Below are positions 53,410-64,000 of a stretch of 64,000 nucleotides of DNA, in pieces (the first letter of the stretch is position 1; each line of letters begins with the position of its first letter). Origin of the DNA: Octopus sinensis (Eukaryota); contig NC_042999.1 in the NCBI RefSeq assembly GCF_006345805.1, positions 65,100,001 to 65,164,000 on the forward strand, written 5' to 3'. Under the pieces are notes generated by a model that was not told the origin of the DNA, did not search any database, and saw only the letters and a program-made list of their open reading frames with translations. The position numbers and the translations under genes were made by a program.

Positions 53410-53597
53410 ACGTGAGTGTGTATTAATTATATATATATTCCATCTTCCGTCTTTCAATTGTCATATATGTGTGTGTGTATAACAAGATACGCGTGAAAAA
53501 CTCATTTGACACATTTCCCTTTGCCCATGTGTGTATATTTTATCAACCAGTTTATTATATGTTTACGTCTAAAGATTTTATGATACGTCAACTAAAT
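52961..53597. repeat. ~640-bp fold-back: ~200 bp of flanking DNA inverted-duplicated around a palindromic (TA)n core
   Basis: 52961-53160 is approximately the reverse complement of 53396-53597 with few differences; the two strands translate to the same peptide. Confidence 0.93.
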
Positions 53598-53837
53598 ATA
53601 TATACATATATATATATATATTCATACATATATATATATACATATATATATACTTATATATACATATATATACACATATATATTTATACATATATATAAT
53701 ACATACATATATATATATATATACTTATATATACATATATACATACATATATATACACACATACATATACATACATATACATATATACATACATACATAC
53801 ATACATATATAAATATATATATATATATATAATATAT

Positions 53838-53904
<67 letters not shown>

Positions 53905-54007
53905 AAACATATAAGTGCTTCTTCCTTAGATTTCTTTTGCTTTACCGTAACATTTCGAAAAAGGTATCAGATATTACACAAAGAAATATTAAAAGTTTCC
54001 CATTCTA

Positions 54008-54218
54008 AGGCGACGACCTGGCAGAATCGTTATCACTACGGGCAAAATGCTTAGCGGCATTCCTTCCCTCTTCACGTTCTCAATTCAAATTCCCCCTTGG
54101 TCGATTTTGCCTTTCATATTTTCGGGACGATAAAATAAGTACCAGTTGAGTAATGGGGTCGATGCAGTCGACTTACCATTTCTGTGAAATTGCTGGCCCT
54201 GAGTAAACATTTGAAATT
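54008..54218 (+). mobile_element. Older SINE group A
   Basis: aaggcgacgacctggcagaatcg..gataaaataagtaccag. Confidence 0.75.
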
Positions 54219-55137
54219 ACGACTTAATCTAGCTAGCGAAGTTACAATTTCGAACAATTGTTGGTTTAAACATAGAAGAAGACTTCACTTTAAAAGAAAT
54301 CTAAAAATGCCACACATTTTAACAATCTAAGTACTTTCTAAAACGTTAAAACAGTATAGGAAAATTCATAAAACACGCTTACTAGAATGGACGTAAATGT
54401 TACGAACATTAAGAATGTTTAAAAGGATATTGCAGTGTATGGTGCAAATTATCCATTCCAGTTGTAACATTTCAACATGCCAAATTGACATATTTATATA
54501 TTACTCTCTCATTTGTTTGTTTGGAGTTTATTGTTCTCACCCGCCAGATGGTTCATTGCCAAGCATAGTGAAAAGAAAAGAAACTGTCCAATATTTACTA
54601 CATGTTTTTGCCACAAGGCATGATTAGAATGATAGGCTCTGAAATCAAATCAAATCTCAAAATGATGTGCCTGCTAGCGTACAGTATTTCGACCAAGCGT
54701 CTTACAGGTCCGCCAATCCAGTGTTGCCCACTGGTGATATATTTACCATCTCCGAAGTGATAAAAGGCAAAGTTGATTTTGGCAAAATTTAAACCGAGTA
54801 CCAATAAAACCACAACAAATACTGTAAGAAATTTTGTTCCACCGATCCTATAATAACTTTAACCTGAACTTTGGTTCAGTCTTCGCATTAGATAAATTTC
54901 TAGAGTTCTGAGTCATCTGTCGTGTTTGATGAGGCTAGAAATAACGTTTATATAGATTAGAAAGAGAAGCGTGCCTAAAACAGTCCCCTGGAGGACATAT
55001 TAAAAAGTACGTGTGTATGCATGTACGTTTCTGTAAGTACATATGTATATATACATACACACAAACATATACACATATTCACACACATATATTTATACAT
55101 ACCTCTCGATTAATCTAGCTATGTATGTATGTATGCA

Positions 55138-55181
<44 letters not shown>

Positions 55182-55204
55182 ATGTATGCATGTTTCTAAA
55201 TATA

Positions 55205-55260
<56 letters not shown>

Positions 55261-55329
55261 ACATACAGAGAGGGAGAGAGAAGGGGAGAGGAGGAGAGAG
55301 AGAGAAATAGATAGATGGATAGATAGATA

Positions 55330-55740
55330 TGCTTCGGCCAGTGATTGGCTCAAGCTGTATCTGACTTAAAAGTAACAACTGACAGGATTTGTTAAATCAT
55401 TTTTAAGTCAAACACTTTATTGTGTCATGGCCCATTCATACAGGCAGTTGTTGTTGACTGAGATGTACCCAGGCATAGTCACCTTATGTGGTATCCTTTG
55501 AAGAAATTTGTCCAAGTATCGTTTAGAGGGGATGTGATCTGTTTCTTTTGTGATTTCTCCAGGTATCATTTGGAGGGGATTTGTTTTGAGATAATTTAAA
55601 TAGAACAGGGCCTGTTGGCGAAACGAAACTATGTTGCAGTTAATATATGTGCTGTGGGCCTTAATTGTGCACGTCGAGTAGGTCATGGCTGAATGAGATG
55701 AATTCTGAATCTGATATTAAGGTAGTTTGAGCTATGCTGG
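55330..55740 (-). mobile_element. CR1/L2-group LINE 3' fragment
   Basis: ORF 55417-55686 ends KRYLDKFLQRIPHKVTMPGYISVNNNCLYEW (cf. K..LDKFL..IPD.P..PGY....NSL.DW). Confidence 0.6.
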
Positions 55741-56509
55741 TGTTATGAATGATGTAGCATTTTCAGCGGCATTACTTTTCCTTGCGGCGGCTTTCACTCC
55801 GAGTAAGTTGAGTCAGCTCCGGCCAATGAGTTCACCCCGACTCTCATGACTGCTGATCGCATTAGACAGTCGGCCGCAGTTGAGGCTGTAATGCTTTCTC
55901 ATCCACTTTTAACGTCATCAGTCCCAACAATGTCGCTTGCAAATTTGACAAACGCTCCACTGGAAAAGTTAGCGCGCGGCTATCCGCTGTATTCGTTATT
56001 CCCTGTTAGGGTGTAGATTTCATTTTCGTAGTTTTAGTGGGAACATAAGTTCACTTGTAGTCCTCAGTTACGGCGGAGTTGGATAGAATAAGTTTCAATG
56101 ATATTAGACGATCCTAATCATCATGATCAGTCACGCCTTCTATTTTTCTAGTGTTTGCTGTTAGAGTGACGCAAATTCTCGTAATGTCATATTTGGTGTG
56201 AGGAGTCCACTAGGAGTGGCTGCTACACACAACACGTACGTAACACACGAATTCTCATGCACAAATACATAAACACACACACAAAATCACACACACACAT
56301 ATACACTCTCACGCGTCAGAATCACTCTCCCCTATTCACACATACACACTTACACACTCATACACACCATTCTCACATACACAAACGCATGCGCGCCTTC
56401 TTTTGTTGAGACACTTTTACGATCTCCCTTTCATTCAAACGCTTTTCTGTTATCTTACTTTCAATCTATTTTCCCCCAAATCATTCGCCATGCTGGACCG
56501 CTGAACTCT

Positions 56510-56680
56510 ACACGATTTATTTTTATTCTCTCTATGAATATTTCCTCTTATTCCTTTCCGTTGAAGAGCGCAGGCTCGAAATATAAAGCACTTTTTCCTT
56601 TTTTCCGAGAGTCAAACTAATACACTTACTTTTTATTCACACACCTGTCTTCGTCTTTTTTCTATAAATTTCAACTATAT
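56510..56680 (+). mobile_element. Penelope-like short element
   Basis: ccgttgaagagcgcaggctcgaaat..actaatacac..acctgtcttcgtc. Confidence 0.55.
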
Positions 56681-56761
56681 ATAAGTGTGTGTGTTTGTGT
56701 TTGTGTATGTGTGTGTGTGTGTGTGTATGCGTGTGTGTGCGTATTTGTGTGTGCATGTGTA

Positions 56762-57372
56762 CACACTGTCTTTCAAATCATTAACGACATAACATTTGTT
56801 TATTTTCTTCAACAACTACTCGTTGGAATTCAACAAAGTTTCCACAGAAAGATGGCAGCAGTTATAAACGCGTGTTGTGTAATAAACGTGAGGTTTTGCA
56901 CAATTGTAAAGAAACCGCAGCCATTTGCCTGATTTCCATGAACTTTCAGCTTTCCAAATTATTAACGAGCGGTTTGATAATCGTGTAATTATGGGTCGTA
57001 AATGTGTCTTAACTGCTTCAGAGAAATCTGTTATTACTTCTGAACTTGCAAAAGGTAAATCAACATTAAAAATACCTAAAATAAATGTAAAATATCACCA
57101 AAGTGTGAAAAAATTTTTACAGCTCCTCCGAAGATATGTAAGAGAGTCGACAAGGCTCAGTCGAAAGTTAGTTCTCAATGTTCACGGGTTTAGCGTGAAG
57201 CTGTAAAGAAGCCAGGTCTTACAATTGGAGAACTTTTCAAGCGCATTGGCGAAACAAATGTATCTAGAACTACCTGATATCATCTTCTGAATAAAGGTTA
57301 GTAAACCAGTTACGTCAGTTAAAAGACATACTTTAAACAAAATACACTTACAAAATTGTCAAAAGTATGTTG
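56762..57372 (+). mobile_element. Tc1-like transposon 5' part with transposase N-terminus pseudogene
   Basis: MGRKCVLTASEKSVITSELAKGKSTLKIPK..HQSVKKFL resembles a Tc1 HTH N-terminus (MG.K.DL...EK..I..L..G.ST..I...HRTVK.F). Confidence 0.65.
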
Positions 57373-57374
57373 TT

Positions 57375-57745
57375 TTTTCCTTTGATGGCGCATGTAGTAT
57401 GACCGGAAACATTTCAGGCATACAAAAGAGGTTAAAATACATGTTTCCTGTTACATATTTTGTACATTGTGGAAACCACTCTCTGGACCTTGTCCTCGAA
57501 GAAGTTGGATCTATGATTGCCATGATCACTGACGCATTGATCTTTGTTCATCAAATCAGCATTTTCCCGAAAGCGCTATGGACCAGTCTTTCTAATGAAA
57601 AGGTCATCATATTTGCGAGCCTGTGTCCGTTGCACCAAGCGAGAGAATGCTCAGCAAACATGGGTGTTTGAAGACCTGCCTCCGTACCACAATGATGCTA
57701 CATCGTCTGACACACTTTGCCGTAATGCATGTACATAAAAACTTG
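57375..57745 (+). pseudogene. hAT (ZMYM1-like) transposase fragments
   Basis: FDGACSMTGNISGIQKRLK..YFVHCGNHSLDLVL (DGA..M.G; HC..H.L.L) and LKTCLRTTMMLHRLTHFAVMHVHK (hATC dimerisation LKT.LRSTM...RL..L....H). Confidence 0.8.
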
Positions 57746-58011
57746 TGCAATGAAAGCACTTTGGAACGTATGAGGACAATTACATCATCGAGGACAATTA
57801 TCCCCACAAGACAAATTCTCCCCAACAACTATCCCCTGGTACAATTACTCCTCCTGGTTAATTACCCCTTCACCAATATTGGCCATTGTCCATAGGGGTA
57901 AATGTCCTAGACTTCTTTGGACATCCTGTTGGAAAACTTCATCGCCAAAACGAGCGAGTATAGAAAAATATCTGGAATGATTTGAAGCATTACTTTTCCA
58001 TGTATAATACG

Positions 58012-58390
58012 CTTTTACTCTTTTACTAGTTTCAGTCATTTGACTGCAGCCATGCTAGAGCACCACATGTAGTCGAGCAAATCGACCCCACTTATTCTAT
58101 CGGTCTCTTTTGCCGTAACGCTAAGTTACGGGGTGTAAACAGACGGTTGTTAAGTGATGTTGGGGGACAAATACTGACACACACACACACACACACACAT
58201 ACCCATATACATATACATATATATACGGTGGGCTTCTTTCAGTTTCCGTCTACCAAATCCTCTCATAAGGCTTTGGTCGGCACGAGGCTATAGTAGAAGA
58301 CACTTGCCCAAGGTGCCACGCAGTGGAACTGAACACGGAACCATGTTGTTCGTAAGCAAGCTACTCACCACACAGCCACTCCTACGCCTA
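58012..58390 (-). mobile_element. SINE group C
   Basis: Reverse complement of the group C pattern with internal (CA)n. Confidence 0.88.
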
Positions 58391-58649
58391 ATAAAAAATA
58401 TTATCATACTTGTGTTGTTTTTTTTTAATATCTAGACTGAAATAAGCGCTAGAATAAGAGCTAGTTCGATGCTGTCAACTTGTCCCACCAACCATTCAAT
58501 ATTGATGATTATGGACTCAGCAACAGACCTGCATTCCGTTCAATGGGACTATGGTGATCTCGCACTCTGAAAATGAGGTAAACGATTTTGGGGCTCATGC
58601 GAAAAATAAAATACATTTAATTAACCAGTTTGTGTGTCCACTGCATCGT

Positions 58650-59030
58650 TTTGCTGGAGTTCAATTCTAGATACTTCAGCAACCTAGAATCGTCTTTGGT
58701 CCCTGCACTTTGTTATGTGCAGAAAAACCACGGTCTTCAGATAGCTACATCTAGCTTTTGCTGTAGCCTTCCAAGATTTTCCTTTTCCTATTTTCACCGT
58801 CGTTTATCTGTGCCCAACAGAACATCTTTGTTATAACGGGATACATAGTACTAGGAAAGTCTTTCTTTCAATATAACAAAGGGTGTCTGTTGTCTTCCGG
58901 CATACTTAATACTTGTTGCTTGACAAACCAGTTTCTCCTGTTTTTGTGTATGACAGAGCTAATAGCCTTCACTTGATTATGCTTTCTGTTCCATTTGTAA
59001 TTGTCATCTGTTCATAACTATAGAAAAATA
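58650..59030 (-). mobile_element. Old RTE LINE RT C-terminal fragment
   Basis: Minus strand IHKNRRNWF..VLSMPEDNRHP resembles RTE RRLRW.GHV.RM.EDR.P. Confidence 0.4.
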
Positions 59031-59316
59031 TGACAACCATCAAAAGCTTGTACTGCTTGAGATCCGTAGGCAAAATTATATAACTACTCTTCCATATACC
59101 ATAATTTTCCTCATAGTAGATGAGGCCAAACTAAATCAGAAATTACTTGTAGTGAACGAAATTACGACTCAGCAAACAATGGCATCGAATAAACTAGAGA
59201 ATAAAACAGAGGAAGAGAATCTGAATATGATGGAATTAGTGAACATTACATCCGAAACGGATGTAATGTTTTTCTTTCTTTTTTTTTTAATATCTACTTG
59301 TACCACTTTAGAAATA

Positions 59317-59610
59317 GTGGAGGCACATGGCCTAGTGGTTAGAGCAGCGAACTCATGGTCGAGGGATCGCGGGTTCGAATCTCAGACCGGGCGATGTGTT
59401 TGTGTGTGTTTATGAGCGAAACACCTAAGCTCCATGCGGCTCCGGCAGAAGGTAATGGCGAACTTCTGCTGACTCTTTCACCACAACTTTCTCTCACTCT
59501 TTCCTCTTGCAGCTCACCAGCGTCCCGTCCAGGTGGGGAACCTATACGCCAAGGAAACCGGGAAACCGGTCCTATGAGCGAAGCGTGGCTCGAGAAGGAA
59601 CAAACAACAA
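59317..59610 (+). mobile_element. SINE group B (M2 + T1) with tttagaaata TSD
   Basis: Head, then aacacctaagctcc, then gcgtcccgtccaggtgggg..ggctcgagaaggaac. Confidence 0.85.
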
Positions 59611-60005
59611 CGTTTTAGAAATACTTTCCAACACCTAGTTCAAGGTGTTCTTTTAAGCAATAACTATTAATAGACGGTTGTCTGCTGCTACCACTTCTAC
59701 CGCCGCCGCTGTTGATAATAATGGGTTAAATAAAATGAAGTGGATGTCCTGTAAGAGATGTTTAAGATATGGGGTTTCTGTTAGGAGCCATCTTTCAATA
59801 GACATTTATTTCACTGATTTTTGTTTTCCTTTCGGAATGTCAGAACTCATCTTATCTCGCGGTTCGAGAACTTATTTGATAAAATATAGTATTTTTAGAT
59901 GATTATATTTAAAGCACTTCGTAGAAGACTTCAATAAATGAGGAGTGAGATAGTGAAAGACAGATCAGAACAGGACAGATGGAAGAAGAAAAGAGGGGAG
60001 GAGGA

Positions 60006-60073
<68 letters not shown>

Positions 60074-61024
60074 GTAGAAGAAGTGAGTGGCGTGCGAGAA
60101 GGCGGATAACAATATTTATGTGTGCATGTGTCTGCTGTGTTTATGTGAGTTGTGTGCCTGTATATGTATTGATGTGTATATGTTTTACATGTGAACTTGT
60201 GAGAAGATGCACGTGTATTTCGGAGCTGAAATCGCGTATATATTTACCGTTCTATTGTTGAATTGTACAGGAGTTCGTATGAGTGTTTCTGCTTGTGCGA
60301 GCATATATATCTGCATTTTGTGTCTGTATGTGTATAAATGTAAATATATAGTAAATATATATGTTCCGTGTGAACCGCACATTGAACAGTGTTTTGGTGC
60401 GAGACTACGTTTATTATGTCTCTTTGTATGGTGTTTTGCTACGTGTAAATATGTTTGTGTGAGGAATTTGCATCTGTGCTGTCCCATGTAATGCCAGATG
60501 AAACGAAATGAAGAAACTATGGATCAACTATGGTGAACAAAAATGGAATAGAGGATCAATAGAATTGAACAAACAAGTCAATTATTCTTGGTTGCGAATA
60601 AACAGTTGGGTGAGTGAATGGGTCAAAACACAATAGATTATAGGTCAACAATAAGAATAAATAATGGAATACAAATGGAATAAAAGTAACGATAAAATTT
60701 AGTTCGATAGGTGATCAATAAGTATGAACTAAAATCCCAATGCAGAAACGATAGAAATAATAAAAGATGAAAAAAAAAATATTGATTTTGAAAAGTGGCA
60801 CAAAATGATGAAGTACGGAACATGAGATTATATCTGTTCTATTTCTTGCATGGGAAGATGAGATATAAAGTTGACTTGGCCTGGAATTCAACTCGGAAGA
60901 AAAAAGGAATATGACAAGAGTCATAAGAATAGAATGAGATTTTATATGGATATTGTGATTCACCACCCAAAAAGAATACTCGCAACCACGCGCGCGCGCG
61001 CGCACACACACACATATGTATATA

Positions 61025-61440
61025 TTCTTTTATTCTTTTACTTGTTTCAGTCATGTGTCTGTGGTGATGACGGAGCACAACCATTTTAGTCGAAGAAATT
61101 GACGCCCAAAACTTATTCTTTGTAAGCCTGGTACTTATTCTATCGAGTCTTTTGCCGAACAGCCAGGTTAAGAGTAAATAAACACACCAGCAACAGATGT
61201 TAAGCGATGGTGGGGGGCCAAATATTGACACAAAAACGCGAAACAGGTACACACATACACACTCACACATATATATATACAAGGGGCTTTTCTTTAGTTT
61301 CCGTCTACCAAATCCACTCACGAGACTTTGGTCGGCCCGAGGCTACTGTAGAAGATAGTTGTTCAAAGTAACATGCAGTGTGTCTGCACCATGGGAAAAC
61401 TGGGAAGGAAGCTTCTTACCATACAGGCACGCTTGCACCT
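61025..61440 (-). mobile_element. Older SINE group C
   Basis: Reverse complement group C tail and body. Confidence 0.75.
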
Positions 61441-61540
61441 ATACATACATACATACATACATACATACATACATACATAGATACATAGATACATACATAC
61501 ATACACACATACATACATACATATATACATACATACATTA

Positions 61541-61853
61541 TTATGGCTGCCCCCTCGTTATCGAGTATGGCCATTGTACGAAGCTTAACTGTTACTGGTG
61601 CTGTGATCGAATGTGACTTTTTAGACCAGCCAAAGATCTACAATGTCTTGTACAGAATTGGCAACTAAAACATTTACCGGTAATAACCGGCTGTAGTTGT
61701 AACTGGGCTTCATGTACCTTTGCATGTCGTTTAAGTCCTCCTGCCGAATTACACTGTCTTCCACATGCCTGATAAATATAATTAGTATGGTGTGTAACAC
61801 CACCACCAGTGGCCAGGTTGTCACTCATCTGTCTCGCCTTATGACTACGAAGA
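61541..61853 (-). mobile_element. RTE LINE 3' end (two C2H2 fingers) within (TACA)n
   Basis: YQACGRQCNSAGGLKRHAKVH..FSCQFCTRHCRSLAGLKSHIRSQHQ*; same 3' UTR as 6775-6924. Confidence 0.8.
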
Positions 61854-61898
61854 CATGCATACATACATACATACATACATACATACATACATACATAC

Positions 61899-61966
<68 letters not shown>

Positions 61967-62296
61967 ATTATTAAATGCACAACCGAAAGACCTACCATTA
62001 GTTTCATGTCATGCTATTATGTTATTGACGAGGCATATTTATAGAATATGCCATATATCTTAAGACAATCTTTCAGGCTCTGCTTATACGTTACATATAA
62101 TTCTTCGAAACAAAGACACTGCTCAATGAGAAAAAAAACGTGGAAAAAAACGTGAAGAGGGTTGCTACACAAAATGGAACAATAAAAATGAATCGAAACA
62201 GCTATGTATATATATATGTATGTATGTTTCTCTATGTATAAAAATATCTATATGGAATGGAGTAGATGGAGCTAGGACACACACGAAAACGAAAAG

Positions 62297-62342
62297 TGTC
62301 GCTGAAGAGGTCGCAGATGTGTGACGAAAGATTTCCGGACAA
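62297..62342 (+). ncRNA. Possible hammerhead-like motif
   Basis: UGUCG-CUGAAGA-G-GUCGCA(GAUG)UGUGAC-GAAA-GAUUUC-CGGACA; stem III viable only as a dimer. Confidence 0.3.
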
Positions 62343-62461
62343 TGAACATGAGTTAAACTAAAAGATTAAGCGAGTGAAGAACAAATATATAGTGCTTCTG
62401 ATAATTTGGCAAAAAAAGTGACCATCCTTTTATACAACTATATATATATATATATTATATA

Positions 62462-62513
<52 letters not shown>

Positions 62514-62891
62514 TATATATGCCTTATATGGAGTGAGAGAGAAAGAGGGAGAGAAAGTGAGTACAGATAAAATTGCGTCTAATCACGTAATATAATAGGT
62601 ATGTACAAACAGTGCTCAGGTGTCTTTACCATTAATACTCTGACTTGAACTGCGACTAAATATATATATTTATATATTTATATATATATGTCCGATAAAT
62701 AAGGTTGTGGTTGTTTCGCATCTTCTCCCCTCATCCAGCATCCCTAATATAATATAATGATTAGGGAAATGGCTACAACAGGGCCAACGTTTAATCTGTA
62801 AAAAACGCAATACGACACATCTGCAAGGCAATTAGTCGGCAATTAGTAGAAATTTACAAGACTTTAAAGTGACCGAAGATTTTGCACAGTA

Positions 62892-62979
<88 letters not shown>

Positions 62980-63520
62980 TGTGTGTGTGTGTGTGTATAC
63001 GAGAAGTATAAATGATTAAAAATCCCGGCAGATATCTATAAAGCACTCACTGTTAAATGAGTTTGGTTAAATTTATCCAAGAATCAGATGCCATTCAGTA
63101 CAAGTAGAATAAACATCCAAAGTAATTCCTAATGCATGATAAGTAAAACCAAAATCATGTATATTTAGAAGTATTTCAAGAAACTCAGAGCATAAGTAAA
63201 AAACAAACAAACTAAGAATGGGGAAAATTACATCTTTAATTGATGATTGCACCATACGATATGGACGATCGTTTCTGCAATATGAACGCATTTAGATACA
63301 GAAAATATCAGTCAAAATATTTAATATATCCGAAAATATATGTTAGCATAACGTCATGTATGTAAGTATGTATGTATGTATGTATGTATGTATGTATGTA
63401 TTATGTATGTATGTATGTATGTATGTATGTATGTATGTATGTATGTGTATGTATGTATGTATGTATTGTATGTATGTATGTATGTATGCATGCATCTATG
63501 TATGTAAGTATGTATATTAT

Positions 63521-64000
63521 GTCAGGTCACTTTGAAGCGCTACTGATAACCCAGTACAACCTGTCGGGTCGTCGGCGACCAAACTCGAAACTCCACCAAG
63601 CTTGCTTGGTGGGGAGGGTGTTTATTGGACACCCTGCGGGATGAAAAACAAAACCTGTCAAAGGGCGGAGGAACTCTTGCGAGTCAACGGCCATCCAATA
63701 AATGACTTGAGGTTGTGTCATGCGCGGGGACATAGAAATAATCGAACTGAATACCCAGATCGCGCGGTGAAACCATTGAGAGTGAAGGACTCCTAGCCTT
63801 TCTTAGGGCATCCTTCTAGGAGAAGGTAAGTCAGGTAACTAGGATAACTCCGACATAAAACCTCCGGCTCAGTGGTTACTGATAGTGTTGACTTGTTCTT
63901 CTTTTCGGATTATGGTTGCTGTTGCTTAGTGAGTGGGATTAACTCAGTGCACAGCCTTTCCTCACTTAAAAAAAAACTCTTCTTGTACAGGCAATGCACG
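63521..64000 (+). mobile_element. Probable RTE LINE 5' UTR beginning right after a (TATG)n array; continues beyond the window
   Basis: GC-richer non-repetitive sequence with ggcatccttctaggagaagg..aactccgacataaaacct, resembling the RTE 5' UTR motif ..ctaggagaaggaaaactc..aaacc. Confidence 0.5.

Noticed and set aside
55750-56220. GC-richer segment possibly a Gypsy gag/LTR relic
   Set aside because: Only a faint peptide resemblance; no LTR or PBS could be confirmed
61592-61800. C2H2 zinc-finger ORF suggesting a host ZNF gene
   Set aside because: No TGEKP linkers; the same end with the same 3' UTR recurs as truncated copies, so it is a LINE C-terminus

Overview
AT-rich eukaryotic DNA with very dense microsatellites ((TA)n, (TG)n, (TATG)n, (GA)n, (GAA)n, (TAG)n). 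The repeat landscape is most consistent with a coleoid cephalopod (Octopus-like) intron or intergenic region; this is an inference from the repeats, not a database match. No intact protein-coding gene is recognisable, and almost all listed ORFs are microsatellite or SINE translations. The window contains three abundant tRNA-derived SINE groups (labelled A, B and C here), decayed Tc1/mariner (including DD37D/maT-like), pogo/Tigger, hAT and Helitron elements, RTE and CR1-like LINE fragments, Penelope-like pieces in (TA)n tracts, and an orphan 5S rRNA copy. Highlights: a hammerhead ribozyme with an intact core on the minus strand (42790-42880); a dispersed family carrying a non-canonical hammerhead-like core (CUGUUGA); several large fold-back palindromes at (TA)n tracts (91-bp perfect arms, and a ~640-bp fold-back); combinatorial SINE modules; SINEs stacked at a repeated target sequence; and an RTE family confined to (TATG)n arrays.
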